From Candidatus Omnitrophota bacterium (GTDB taxonomy: Bacteria; Omnitrophota; Gorgyraeia; Zapsychrales; Aceulaceae): 64,000 nt of DNA. Shown piece after piece: positions 37,193 through 47,419 of the stretch. Location of the stretch: assembly GCA_028693815.1 (NCBI GenBank), contig JAQUUP010000009.1:1779-65778 (forward strand), written 5' to 3'. Below the pieces are notes generated by a model. It was not told the origin of the DNA and did no database searches. It was given only the letters and a program-made list of their open reading frames with translations. The stretch's first letter is position 1. Every line of letters starts with the position of its first letter. The translations under genes and the position numbers were made by a program.

Positions 37193-38488
37193 CTAAAGCT
37201 CTTTGCGGTAAACTTTTATTCCTTTTAGAACGCTTATAGCCGACTTTACTTGATCATCCGCTAATAAACGTTTTTTAGCTTTTTGGTCTTTGATTGCGTT
37301 TACATCTAATTCTTTGTCGCCATTTTCAACATCATCAAAAATCTTTTTGGCGGCATCTTCGCTCTCATCATTTTTCGACACGTTGATTGATTCGTATTCA
37401 ACGATAATATCAGGCGTGATGCCGATTCCATGAATTGAAATATCTGAAGGTGTAAAGTATTTGCTTGTTGTTAATTTGAGACCTGCCCCATCTGGCAGAG
37501 GAATTACGGATTGTACAGAGCCTTTTCCAAAGGACTGCGTTCCAATGATAACTCCTCTTTTATTGTCTTTGAGTGCGCCGGCTAGAATTTCGCTTGCTGA
37601 AGCGCTTCCTTCGTTTATCAAAACAGCAATTGGCCAATTAATAAATTCTCCATTTGAGTTTTTTGATTTTTCAACGCTATTTTGGGATGGGTTTCTGGAT
37701 TTTGTTATGACAATAATTTGTCCTTCAGGAAGAAATTCTTCTGTAATATCGATTGCAACATTAAGAAGACCGCCAGGATTGTTGCGTAAATCTAAAATAA
37801 GGCTATCGGCATTTTTGCTCTTAAGGGTATTGAGAGCTTTCTTAAATTCTTTGTAGGAATCTTCACGAAATTCTGTTAGACGAATATATCCAATTGTGTC
37901 ATCAAGGATCATAACATCTTTAACATCTTGAATATGAATTAACTCGCGTGTAATTGTAAAATCAAGAATTTTTCCTTCGCTTTCACGAAATATGGTTATG
38001 TCAATTTTTGTGCCCGGACTGCCTCTCAATTTTTTAACAGCTTCGCTTAAGGTAATATCTTTTGTTGATTCTGTATCAATTTTTACAATTTTATCTTTGG
38101 CTTTGACACCAGCCTTCCAAGCTGGCGTTCCTTCTAGGGGAGTGATTACTGTCAAAAGGTTATCTCGGATTGAAATTTCAATGCCGAGTCCTCCAAATTT
38201 GCCTTCTGTTTCGGTCTTTAGATCTTTAAAATCTTCAGGTGTCAAGAATTGACTGTGTGGATCAAGTGAGCTTAGCATTCCTTTTAATGATCCATAAATA
38301 AGTTCTTTGGCGGATGGTTCTTCCGTGTAAGCTGCTTGCACAGTTGTTAGCGCATAGCTAAAAAGTTCGATTTGAGAATAAAGATCGTCGGGTAGCGTGT
38401 CTTTTTTATCGATTTCAGATGTTGCAATTTTCGTTAGCGTTAAAACAGAAAAAAGACAAATAATAATAATAAGAATTTTTTTAGTCAT
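37193..38488 (-). CDS. ctpA: Carboxyl-terminal processing protease (S41 family).
   Basis: PDZ region GGLGIEI and the S41 catalytic region GTQSFGKGSVQ. Confidence 0.85.
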   Translation of the reverse strand: MTKKILIIIICLFSVLTLTKIATSEIDKKDTLPDDLYSQIELFSYALTTVQAAYTEEPSAKELIYGSLKGMLSSLDPHSQFLTPEDFKDLKTETEGKFGGLGIEISIRDNLLTVITPLEGTPAWKAGVKAKDKIVKIDTESTKDITLSEAVKKLRGSPGTKIDITIFRESEGKILDFTITRELIHIQDVKDVMILDDTIGYIRLTEFREDSYKEFKKALNTLKSKNADSLILDLRNNPGGLLNVAIDITEEFLPEGQIIVITKSRNPSQNSVEKSKNSNGEFINWPIAVLINEGSASASEILAGALKDNKRGVIIGTQSFGKGSVQSVIPLPDGAGLKLTTSKYFTPSDISIHGIGITPDIIVEYESINVSKNDESEDAAKKIFDDVENGDKELDVNAIKDQKAKKRLLADDQVKSAISVLKGIKVYRKEL

Positions 38489-39941
38489 TGAGGATTCTCC
38501 TTTTGATCATCTCACCAATTTTTTTAGGGTTTGCTTTTCCTTGTGTTTTTTTCATAGATTGTCCTACAAGAAAGCCAACAGCGCTTTCTTTTCCAGATTT
38601 AATTTGTTCGATTATTGAAGGATTTTCATCGATCACTTCTTTGATAACTTTTTCAAGAGTCTCGTCATCTGAAACTTGCGCGAATCCGTGATCATTAATA
38701 ATTTGATCGATAGTTTTTCCTGTATCAAATTTGATTTTTAAAACATCTTTACCGGCTAAATTGCTTAATACGCCTGTTTCAACTTTGTCAATTAAGGCGA
38801 TGAGATCATCTGAGGATAGTTTTGCTTTTAAAAGATCGATTTTGCGTGTATTTAATTCTTGCTTAAGTGCGCCCGTAACCCAGTTGCAAACTTTTTTTGG
38901 TGAATTGTATTTTTTTGTGCATTCTTCAAAGAAATCAGCAATTTCTTTATCCTGAACAAGTACGTTGGCATCATAATCGGACAATTCGTAATTTGCAATG
39001 AAGCGATTTTGTTTTTTTGATGGTGACTCTGGAAGATTTTTTTTTGTTTTTTCGACCTCTTCTTTTTCAACCATAAATGGAACAAGGTCAGGTTCTGGAA
39101 AATAGCGATAATCGTGGGCCTCTTCTTTGCTGCGCATTGAGACAGTGATTTGTTTGTGTTCATCCCATAGCCTTGTTTCTTGAATGATACGTTCGCCTGA
39201 TTCAACAAGCTTGATTTGACGAGCGACTTCAAATTCCAGAGAACTTTTAACTGCTTTAAAAGAGTTTAGATTTTTTAACTCTGTTTTTGTTCCGAGTTCT
39301 GTTTGGCCTTTTTCTCGGATTGATACGTTGGCATCACAACGCAGGCTTCCTTTTTCCATGTCACAATCTGAAACATCTAAATATTGCAGGCAAAGTTTGA
39401 GTGTTGTTAAGTAATTATAAGCTTCTTGAGCGGATCGCATGTCGGGTTCGCTTACAATTTCAACCAAAGGTGTGCCTGTTCGATTGTAATCAACGAGGCT
39501 GCTTTTAATTTTTGGATCATGAATAAGTTTGCCGGCATCCTCTTCCATGTGAGCACGCGTAATACCGATTTTCTTAATTTCGTTTCCTGTTTTAACATTC
39601 AGATATCCTGTGTGTGCAATTGGAAAATCATATTGCGAAATTTGATACGCTTTGGGAAGATCAGGATAATAGTAATTTTTTCGATCAAACTTAACAAGCG
39701 AGTTAATCTCACAATTAAGGGCAAGGCCGATTTTCATGGCATACTCGAGGACTTTTTTATTTAGCACCGGTAGCGTGCCCGGAAGTCCTAAGCAGATCGG
39801 GCAGGTTTGACTATTTGGATTTTTCCCAAATTCAGTTGAGCATCCGCAAAATATTTTTGTTTTTGTATTTAACTGAAGATGAACTTCAAGACCTATCACG
39901 GTTTCGTATTGTTTCATAACGTGACTTTCTTTTTGTGCCAA
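38481..39941 (-). CDS. gatB: Asp-tRNA(Asn)/Glu-tRNA(Gln) amidotransferase subunit B.
   Basis: YETVIGLEVHLQL N-terminus. Confidence 0.95.
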   Translation of the reverse strand: MAQKESHVMKQYETVIGLEVHLQLNTKTKIFCGCSTEFGKNPNSQTCPICLGLPGTLPVLNKKVLEYAMKIGLALNCEINSLVKFDRKNYYYPDLPKAYQISQYDFPIAHTGYLNVKTGNEIKKIGITRAHMEEDAGKLIHDPKIKSSLVDYNRTGTPLVEIVSEPDMRSAQEAYNYLTTLKLCLQYLDVSDCDMEKGSLRCDANVSIREKGQTELGTKTELKNLNSFKAVKSSLEFEVARQIKLVESGERIIQETRLWDEHKQITVSMRSKEEAHDYRYFPEPDLVPFMVEKEEVEKTKKNLPESPSKKQNRFIANYELSDYDANVLVQDKEIADFFEECTKKYNSPKKVCNWVTGALKQELNTRKIDLLKAKLSSDDLIALIDKVETGVLSNLAGKDVLKIKFDTGKTIDQIINDHGFAQVSDDETLEKVIKEVIDENPSIIEQIKSGKESAVGFLVGQSMKKTQGKANPKKIGEMIKRRILND

Positions 39942-41350
39942 TCTGTATTTTGTTCATATGTATGAGCAATGCGAAAAATCATTTCTTCATCAAATGGTTT
40001 TGTCATAATTTGTAGACCAATCGGAAGTCCATCATTTGAAAATCCACAAGGCAATGAAAGCGCTGGAATACCTGCTAAATTTGCAGAAATCGTATAAATA
40101 TCTGAAAGATACATGGACAGCGGGTCAGATGCTTTTTCTCCAAGTTTAAATGCAGTTGTTGGAGATGTTGGCGTCAGGATAGCGTCGAATTCTTTAAAGG
40201 CTTCATCAAAATCGTTTTTGATTAGGGTTCTTACTTTTTGTGCTCGTAAATAATAGGCATCATAATAACCAGAAGATAGTGAATACGTTCCTAACATAAT
40301 GCGTCTCTTGGCTTCTTGTCCAAAGCCTTGGTTTCGAGTTTCTTCATACATATCGATAATGGGTGTTCGTCTCTTATCTTTTGGATAACAACGTAATCCG
40401 TATTGAGCGCCATCAAAGCGTGCGAGATTAGAGCTGGCTTCTGCTGTTGCTAAAATATAATATGTGGCCACGGCATATTCTGTATGCGGCAACGAAATTT
40501 CTTTAAATTGAGCACCTTTCTTTTTTAAGACCTCAATAGCTGTTATAATTTTTTCTTTTACTTCAGGATCAATGCCTTCAACAAAGTATTCTTTTGGAAT
40601 TCCAATTTTAAGATTTTTGATGTCACCGGTTAATGCTTTGGTATAGTCAGGAACAGGCAAGTTAGCGGAAGTTGAGTCCATCTCATCATGGCCAGCAATA
40701 AGATTTAACAATAATGCTGAATCTTCAACGTCTTTAGTCAAAGGGCCGATTTGATCAAGGCTAGAGGCAAAGGCGATAAGACCATAGCGAGAAACTCGCC
40801 CATAGGTTGGTTTAAGGCCAACAATGCCACAAAAAGAAGCTGGTTGACGAATCGATCCTCCGGTGTCAGATCCTAGGGCCCAAATCGCTTCGTGTGCCGC
40901 AACAGACGCTGCAGATCCACCGCTTGATCCGCCAGGGACACATTCTAAATTCCAGGGATTTCGTGTTGGGCCAAAAAAAGATGTTTCAGTGGATGATCCA
41001 AACGCAAATTCATCCATATTGGCATGTCCGGTTATACGAGCGCCAGATTCTAAAAGTTTATCAACAACAGTTGCATTGTATGGCGGTCTAAAGCCTTCAA
41101 GTATATGCGATGAGCAAGTGGTTGGATAATCTTTAATGCAGATATTATCTTTGATTGCGATTGGGACAGGAAATTCTTTAGTAGAGCTTTCTGATTTAAT
41201 TGGTTTTTCTGAAATATGAGCGTATGCATTGATTCTTTTGTCAAAGGCATCAATTGCTTGTTTTACGGCTAAAAAAACAGATTCGGCCGTTTCTTTTTTT
41301 TCTTTAATTAAACTTATAATTTTATGCGCGGTGAGTTCGTTTAGCTTCAT
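39914..41350 (-). CDS. gatA: Glutamyl-tRNA(Gln) amidotransferase subunit A.
   Basis: Amidase signature GGSSGGSAA. Confidence 0.95.
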   Translation of the reverse strand: MKLNELTAHKIISLIKEKKETAESVFLAVKQAIDAFDKRINAYAHISEKPIKSESSTKEFPVPIAIKDNICIKDYPTTCSSHILEGFRPPYNATVVDKLLESGARITGHANMDEFAFGSSTETSFFGPTRNPWNLECVPGGSSGGSAASVAAHEAIWALGSDTGGSIRQPASFCGIVGLKPTYGRVSRYGLIAFASSLDQIGPLTKDVEDSALLLNLIAGHDEMDSTSANLPVPDYTKALTGDIKNLKIGIPKEYFVEGIDPEVKEKIITAIEVLKKKGAQFKEISLPHTEYAVATYYILATAEASSNLARFDGAQYGLRCYPKDKRRTPIIDMYEETRNQGFGQEAKRRIMLGTYSLSSGYYDAYYLRAQKVRTLIKNDFDEAFKEFDAILTPTSPTTAFKLGEKASDPLSMYLSDIYTISANLAGIPALSLPCGFSNDGLPIGLQIMTKPFDEEMIFRIAHTYEQNTDWHKKKVTL

Positions 41351-41631
41351 TCGATCACCTGAGGAACCTTAAAAGAGCCATTTTCACTTTCAACAGCAAT
41401 TTTTATTGCCGCTTGTTGTCCAAGTGATTTTCTCAAAATATCATCTCTAAAAACGTTTTTTAAAGGCAAAACATGGCTTGTTGGCTTAACATTGGTGATA
41501 TCAAGTTTTTTTAGTTTCTCAATGTAGGTCAAGATATCTTCTAGATTTTTTGCAAGTGCTTCTGCCTCTTGATCATCCGTATAGATTCTTGAAAGGTGCG
41601 AAATGTACTGAACATCTTTTTTGCTGACCAT
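41347..41631 (-). CDS. gatC: Glu-tRNA(Gln) amidotransferase subunit C.
   Basis: 94 aa, GatC-like, translationally coupled to gatA. Confidence 0.8.
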   Translation of the reverse strand: MVSKKDVQYISHLSRIYTDDQEAEALAKNLEDILTYIEKLKKLDITNVKPTSHVLPLKNVFRDDILRKSLGQQAAIKIAVESENGSFKVPQVIE

Positions 41632-41751
41632 AACTGTATCCTATTAATAAAAATTTATATATGAAGATATGTATATTATCATCAAAGAGAATTTGTGACA
41701 AGATAAAACTAGAAAATATAATTGATAAAATGAGATAAATATAGATTATTT

Positions 41752-42150
41752 TTAGACGTTTTTAATCTTTGGCTCAAGAACTTGCCGGAGATTTTCAGGG
41801 ATTTGGCTTGGTTTAAAGTCTGTTGTTAGGCAGACAAGCGTGATTTCCGATATGACTATAAGGCGCCCAGATTTTTCTTCTGTAACCTGTTGGTCAAAAA
41901 TGAGTTGAGCAGCTGTCATTTTCTTCAGAGAGGCAGTGCAAATAAGCGTTTCACCATAACGTGCAGGACTTTTGTAAGAAATGGTGCAGTTGCGGACAGC
42001 ATACATGTAGCCTTGTTTTTGGAATTCGGATACGCTTAACCCTAAGTCTTCTAAAAATTCTGTTCGGGCTTCTTCAAGATAATTTAAATATGTTCCATAG
42101 TAAACGACTCCTCCTGCATCCGTGTCATGATAATAGATTTTCTTTTTCAC
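41752..42150 (-). CDS. Hotdog-fold acyl-CoA thioesterase (YbgC/4HBT family).
   Basis: YYHDTDAGGVVYYGTYLNY N-terminus; AAGAGG RBS. Confidence 0.75.
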   Translation of the reverse strand: MKKKIYYHDTDAGGVVYYGTYLNYLEEARTEFLEDLGLSVSEFQKQGYMYAVRNCTISYKSPARYGETLICTASLKKMTAAQLIFDQQVTEEKSGRLIVISEITLVCLTTDFKPSQIPENLRQVLEPKIKNV

Positions 42151-42307
42151 TCAGGACCTCTTTTGTTTTTATAAAATGATTTTAAATATGTTATTTTCTT
42201 AATCCTTTATTTTCTAGCACTTTTGGTTAATGCTGTCAAGGAAACACGGGAAACAAAAATATATTTTATGAGTCTTGTAAAGTAAAAATTAATATGGTAT
42301 ATTTAAT

Positions 42308-42346
42308 CTAGCCACGGAAACCGGCAACGGTTGCGTGGCTTTTTTC
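42308..42346 (+). terminator. Orphan rho-independent terminator-like hairpin in the leader region upstream of the PilZ gene.
   Basis: AGCCACG-gaaaccggcaacggtt-CGTGGCT followed by TTTTTTC. No plus-strand CDS lies upstream of it. Confidence 0.45.
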
Positions 42347-42387
42347 TTATTATCTTATATAAATTTTATTCACAAAGGATTTATCTT

Positions 42388-42774
42388 ATGGATTCAAAGC
42401 AAGATAAGTGTCGTCTCGACGACGACAATCGTTATTTTCCTCGCTGGGAAGTTTCAAACAAGGTCACCTATAAACATGAAAGTGGTATTAATTTTCACGA
42501 AGGCGTCAGCAGAGATATTAGTAATACGGGTGTTTGTCTGAGAACATACGAAAAGATTCAGCCCCAGGAAAAACTTTTCATGACCATTGAGTTATCCGAT
42601 GGAATTTCAATTCAAGCTCAAGGTCGCGCTTTGTGGGAAAAAGTAGGTGAAAAAGATTTCTTAGTGGGTGTGCGTTTCGAGGATATTAGTGAAAAAGTGC
42701 AAGAAATGATTTTTAATTGCGCTTTTGAATGTCAAAAAGGTCAGTTTCAAGAAAAATGGTATGAAGGCGTTTGA
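42388..42774 (+). CDS. Single-domain PilZ (c-di-GMP-binding) protein.
   Basis: RYFPRWE (RxxxR) and DISNTGV (DxSxxG) motifs. AAAGGAT sits 6 nt before ATG at 42388. Confidence 0.6.
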   Translation: MDSKQDKCRLDDDNRYFPRWEVSNKVTYKHESGINFHEGVSRDISNTGVCLRTYEKIQPQEKLFMTIELSDGISIQAQGRALWEKVGEKDFLVGVRFEDISEKVQEMIFNCAFECQKGQFQEKWYEGV

Positions 42775-42790
42775 TCTAACGCCTTTTTTG
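42766..42790 (+). terminator. Rho-independent terminator overlapping the PilZ stop codon.
   Basis: GGCGTT-tgatct-AACGCC followed by TTTTTT. Confidence 0.6.
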
Positions 42791-42812
42791 TCTCCCCTGT
42801 ATTAAATTTATA

Positions 42813-43613
42813 TTACAATTGATTAAAATAATTCGAGATATTGATAAAATCGTTTAAGGTAAGATTTTCAGCTCTCGATGTTGGGCTAACATTGCATTTT
42901 TCTAAAATAGTTTTAATTTGTGATTTGTTATATTCGTTTGGCAGTGAATTTAGAATTGTTTTTCGTCTTTGCTGAAAAGTTTGGCGAATAGTTTTAAAAA
43001 GCAAATCCTCATTCTCGGCTTTTATAGGTGAAGCTTTTTCGAAATTTAAGCAGACAAAAGCAGATTCAACTTTTGGTATGGGTTTAAAGCAAGAATTCTT
43101 AATTTTAAATAAAAGGCGTGGCTCGCAGTGATATTGCATAAAACATGTTAGTGATCCGTATTCTTTATTCCCTGGTTTAGCAATCAATCGTTTAGCAAAT
43201 TCTAATTGAACAGTAATGAACGCTGACGATATATGCTGTGAGTTTTCGATCAGCTTTTCAATAATAGATGATGAGATATAGTACGGAAGATTTCCGATTA
43301 GTTTTATTTTTTTATTTAATTTGAGAAAGTCAAATGTTAGAATATCGTCATTGTAAATCTTTACATGAGAATCAGAAATTTTCTTGGAAAGTTCTTCAGC
43401 CAAAGTACGATCCTTCTCGACGCCAATAAGCGCCTTGACTTCAGGTGCAATTTTTCGCGTTAAAGCTCCAAGTCCTGGCCCGACCTCGAGAACACAATCA
43501 GTGCTTTTGAGATTAGATGCAGAAATAATTTTATTGATAATATTGGGATCGATTAAGAAATTCTGCCCGAGATATTTTTTAGGGTGAATTGGTTTCTTTG
43601 TTTTTTGTTTCAT
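42813..43613 (-). CDS. rsmA: 16S rRNA (adenine1518/1519-N6)-dimethyltransferase.
   Basis: LGQNFLIDPNIINKI and SAM motif EVGPGLGALT. Confidence 0.9.
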   Translation of the reverse strand: MKQKTKKPIHPKKYLGQNFLIDPNIINKIISASNLKSTDCVLEVGPGLGALTRKIAPEVKALIGVEKDRTLAEELSKKISDSHVKIYNDDILTFDFLKLNKKIKLIGNLPYYISSSIIEKLIENSQHISSAFITVQLEFAKRLIAKPGNKEYGSLTCFMQYHCEPRLLFKIKNSCFKPIPKVESAFVCLNFEKASPIKAENEDLLFKTIRQTFQQRRKTILNSLPNEYNKSQIKTILEKCNVSPTSRAENLTLNDFINISNYFNQL

Positions 43614-44572
43614 TGAGATAAATGTGCTGCTAATCGAATAGATTCAATCATCGATGACGGATCGGCTTTATTTTTTCCAACAATATCAAAGGCTGTCCCG
43701 TGAGCTGGAGATGTGCGAATGATTGGAAGTCCGATTGTTAGATTGACGAGACTGTTAAAATCAGATGCCTTAATTGGGATTAGTCCTTGGTCATGATACA
43801 TAGCAATAATGGCGTCATATTTTTTTATGTTAAATGGGCAAAATAGAGTATCGGCAGCAAATGGACCATCGATATTTCTTGAAATTTTTCTAATTCTTTT
43901 GATGACTGGAATAATAGTTTTTTGTTCTTCTTTTCCGATTTTTCCGCCTTCTCCTGCATGTGGATTAAGCCCACAGACTCCAATTCTTGGTTCTTTAATT
44001 TTGAATTGTTTTTGAAGAGAGTTCAGCGTAAGGTGAATTGTTTGATAAAGATTTTCTTGCGTAATCGAAGAACTTACCTCGTTAAGTGGAGTGTGTCGAG
44101 TTGCAATGATGACTTTTAGATTTTTTGTAACAAACATCATATCGAACTTTTTTACTTTAAAGAAATTGGCTAGATATTCTGTGTGTCCTTTAAAGTTAGG
44201 ATCAAGCATTTGAATGGCTTCTTTGCAAACTGGTCCAGTAACCAGTGCAGATATTTTCTTGATTTTCAGAAGGCTTAAAGCTGTATCAAGATAAGCCAAG
44301 GAGGCCTCTCCTGCTTTTTTATTGGGCCCTGTAAATTTGTTTTTAGAAACATCAAAATTTTTTAAATCAATAAATGAGCAATTTTTTAAAGGGCTTTTAA
44401 AATATTTCCGAAAAACTTCAAAATCTCCAATAATTTGAAATCCTCCAATGTTGCGGATAGAAGGATCGACAAGAGCTTTTGCGATAATCTCTGGACCGAT
44501 TCCGCAAGGATCACCCATTGTGATTCCAATGACAGAATTCTTATTGTTATTTGATTTCAATGTAGGCTTCAT
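43610..44572 (-). CDS. pdxA: 4-hydroxythreonine-4-phosphate dehydrogenase.
   Basis: ITMGDPCGIGPEI N-terminus. The order surA-like, pdxA, ksgA matches the E. coli arrangement. Confidence 0.9.
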   Translation of the reverse strand: MKPTLKSNNNKNSVIGITMGDPCGIGPEIIAKALVDPSIRNIGGFQIIGDFEVFRKYFKSPLKNCSFIDLKNFDVSKNKFTGPNKKAGEASLAYLDTALSLLKIKKISALVTGPVCKEAIQMLDPNFKGHTEYLANFFKVKKFDMMFVTKNLKVIIATRHTPLNEVSSSITQENLYQTIHLTLNSLQKQFKIKEPRIGVCGLNPHAGEGGKIGKEEQKTIIPVIKRIRKISRNIDGPFAADTLFCPFNIKKYDAIIAMYHDQGLIPIKASDFNSLVNLTIGLPIIRTSPAHGTAFDIVGKNKADPSSMIESIRLAAHLSQ

Positions 44573-45500
44573 TTCTTAGTTTTTTTAACCATGCTTCTCG
44601 AAGTTCGTTAGTTTGTTTTTGAGTTAAAATATTTTGGATATATTCTTTTGCTTCTTCTAGGGAGGGGATGCTTTCAGGAGTTTTTTTCTTAACTTGAAAA
44701 ATATATATTCCAGTTTCGACAGGGACAATAGAAGAAACTTCGCCTTCTTTCAAATTGAATACTACATCTTCAATTTCTGGGATTGCTTCGCCTCTTGCGA
44801 TAGTTCCGATCGCAGGCGAATCAGAAAAATTTTTAGCAACTTCTGCAAAAGTTTTATTGGTTTCTTTGTTATTTAAGAGTTCTAAGGCTTTTTTTGCTTC
44901 TCGTTCAACATCTTTTGGATCTCTCCCCTCGTTTGGTATAAATATTGAGTCGAGCTCAACTGTTTCTGGTTTTTTGAATTTATCAATATTTTCTTCGTAA
45001 AATGTTGTAACCTCTTGAGGGCTAACAAAAACTTTTGATGAAACTTCGGAATTTTCCATGTAGCGTATTTTTAGATCTTCGAGAATCCGTTCTCGAACCT
45101 CAGAGACTGTTAGTCCTTGTGAGGTGAGATCGTCTAAGAATTCTTTTTCAGTTTGAAACTTTGATTTGATTTCATCAATCCGCTTATCAACTCCTTCTGG
45201 CCTGATTATAAGTTCTTTTTGATCGGCAGCATCTACAATTAGCTTGTTGTCAATAAGCCTTGATAAGCCGTTAGCTTGGTAATAAGACATGATTTCTTTA
45301 ATTTCTTCTTTGCTTCGCCCTGTTGATGCGAGATTGATATAAAGCATCGATAGAAATTGTTTGAGGTCTTGCATTGTAATCGCATTGTCGTTTACAACGG
45401 CAAGAATTCTATCGGAAAATTGGCAGTATCCTTTGCTTGCACCAGAGAGAAGCAATATTATGATTAATAAAAATTGTGCTGTTTTCTTAAAATGTGTCAT
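44547..45500 (-). CDS. SurA-like periplasmic chaperone / parvulin-type PPIase.
   Basis: Signal peptide, SurA N-terminal-like region and a PpiC-type rotamase region. Confidence 0.7.
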   Translation of the reverse strand: MTHFKKTAQFLLIIILLLSGASKGYCQFSDRILAVVNDNAITMQDLKQFLSMLYINLASTGRSKEEIKEIMSYYQANGLSRLIDNKLIVDAADQKELIIRPEGVDKRIDEIKSKFQTEKEFLDDLTSQGLTVSEVRERILEDLKIRYMENSEVSSKVFVSPQEVTTFYEENIDKFKKPETVELDSIFIPNEGRDPKDVEREAKKALELLNNKETNKTFAEVAKNFSDSPAIGTIARGEAIPEIEDVVFNLKEGEVSSIVPVETGIYIFQVKKKTPESIPSLEEAKEYIQNILTQKQTNELREAWLKKLRNEAYIEIK

Positions 45501-47383
45501 TTGGTATCTCCAGATTCTTTTTTCATGTTTTCAATAGATTCTTTTAGTAATCGACAATATAGATCAAATCCGATAGATGAAATATATCCGTGTTGCTGTT
45601 CTCCAAGTAGGTTTCCGGCGCCTCGAATTTGTAAGTCTTCAAAGGCGATATTAAATCCTGATCCTAGGCCACTGTGCTTTTCAATCGCTTCAAGTCTTGA
45701 CTTTGATTGTGACGATAGCGATTGTTTTGGTGGCGCAATAAAATAGGCATATGCTTTATGATTGAATCGTCCGACTCTTCCTCTGAGTTGATGTAGGTCA
45801 GCTAAGCCGAATCGGTCTGCACGATTGACAATAAGTGTGTTGGCATTTGGAATATCAATGCCAGATTCAATAATGGTTGTGCACACCAGAATATCAATCT
45901 CACCGCTTAAGAATTGTAGCATAATTTTTTCTAAAAGGCGACCAGACATTTGCCCGTGAGCAGTACAAACGCGTGCGCGCGGAACGAGTTTTTTGATAAT
46001 ATTGCCAATTTTGTCAATATCATCAACTCGGTTATGGAGAAAAAAGACTTGCCCTTTTCTTCTGAGTTCACGGTTAACTGCATCTTTTATTAAGTCTTCA
46101 TCAAATTCAACAATATGCGTTGATATCGGAACTCGATTTTCCGGGGGCGTGTTAATTGCTGACATATCTTTTGCGCCGGACAACGACATGTAAAGTGTTC
46201 GCGGAATAGGAGTTGCCGTAAGCGTTAAGACCTCGACGAGGAATCGAAGGTGTTTAAGGTGTTCTTTGGCTCTGACACCAAAGCGCTGCTCTTCATCAAT
46301 AATGACAAGTCCCAGGTCTTTAAACGCTATATCTTTTGAAAGAAGCCGGTGTGTGCCGATTACAACATCAGCTTTTCCAGCTTTAAGATCCTTGATGATT
46401 TCGAGCTGTTCGCCTTTTGTTCGAAATCGATTGAGCATTACAACTTTAACAGGAAAATCTTTAAGTCGTTTTGAAAAATTATAATAATGTTGTTCTGCTA
46501 AAATTGTTGTTGGGACTAAAATAGCAACTTGCTTGTTGTTCATAACTGCTTTGAAGCTTGCGCGCATGGCAATTTCGGTTTTTCCGTATCCAACATCTCC
46601 ACAGATGAGTCTATCCATGGGAGTTTTTGATTCCATGTCGATTTTAGTTTCTTCCCAGGCTTTGATTTGATCAGGGGTTTCTTTGAAGGGAAAGTTTTTA
46701 TCGAATTCTGTTTGCCAAGAGGTATTCTTTGAAAACTGAAAGCCTTGTAAGCTTGCGCGCATAGCCTGCACATGGAGAAGTTCGCCAGCAAATAGTTGAA
46801 TTCGTTTTTGAATGCGGGCTTTTATTTTTTTCCATTCTCCTGTTCCGAGCTTGTAAAGGCGAGGAGGTTTTTTGCTAAAACCGATATATTTTTGGACGAG
46901 ATGCATATCTGCTTTTGGAACAAAAAGCTTGTCCCCTCCTTTGTATTCGACGATAAGATGTTCTTTTTTTTCTTTGCCGAAATCAAACTCCTCAATTCCG
47001 AGGAATTTTCCAACACCGTGATTGTGATGAACGAGATAGTCTCCTTTTTCAATATCGACAAAATTGTTAAGCGGTGTTTCGTTGGAGAATAATTGTTTTT
47101 TGGATTTCTTTTTTGGGAGAATAATGACGATATTATGTTGCCATATTGATTTTCCAGTTTTTAGATTGAGACTGGAAATGTGGCGGATTTTATCATCGTC
47201 GAGATCAACGCGAATAGGCGAGTCAAAGTTTGTTGGAAAAATATCTACAATTCCGCCGCGTTGACTAAAATCTCCCTCTTCGAGACAAAAGTCTACGCGT
47301 GTATAACCGAAAGAATCAAGATGGACAAGGACGGAATCAACAAAAATATGCTGGCCAACAAAGAATTTTAAAGATTTAAACAT
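45497..47383 (-). CDS. mfd: Transcription-repair coupling factor, compact form (628 aa; lacks the UvrB-homology D1a/D2 and D3 regions).
   Basis: GDFSQRGGIVDIFP (E. coli ~residue 160 region), RID-like GDYLVHHNHGVGKF, helicase motif I GDVGYGKTE, DEEQRFG, and a TRG-type C-terminus ...QLRGRVGR. Confidence 0.8.
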   Translation of the reverse strand: MFKSLKFFVGQHIFVDSVLVHLDSFGYTRVDFCLEEGDFSQRGGIVDIFPTNFDSPIRVDLDDDKIRHISSLNLKTGKSIWQHNIVIILPKKKSKKQLFSNETPLNNFVDIEKGDYLVHHNHGVGKFLGIEEFDFGKEKKEHLIVEYKGGDKLFVPKADMHLVQKYIGFSKKPPRLYKLGTGEWKKIKARIQKRIQLFAGELLHVQAMRASLQGFQFSKNTSWQTEFDKNFPFKETPDQIKAWEETKIDMESKTPMDRLICGDVGYGKTEIAMRASFKAVMNNKQVAILVPTTILAEQHYYNFSKRLKDFPVKVVMLNRFRTKGEQLEIIKDLKAGKADVVIGTHRLLSKDIAFKDLGLVIIDEEQRFGVRAKEHLKHLRFLVEVLTLTATPIPRTLYMSLSGAKDMSAINTPPENRVPISTHIVEFDEDLIKDAVNRELRRKGQVFFLHNRVDDIDKIGNIIKKLVPRARVCTAHGQMSGRLLEKIMLQFLSGEIDILVCTTIIESGIDIPNANTLIVNRADRFGLADLHQLRGRVGRFNHKAYAYFIAPPKQSLSSQSKSRLEAIEKHSGLGSGFNIAFEDLQIRGAGNLLGEQQHGYISSIGFDLYCRLLKESIENMKKESGDTK

Positions 47384-47419
47384 CCCTTGATCTGCTTTTT
47401 AAGGAAAAGACTTGCAAAA

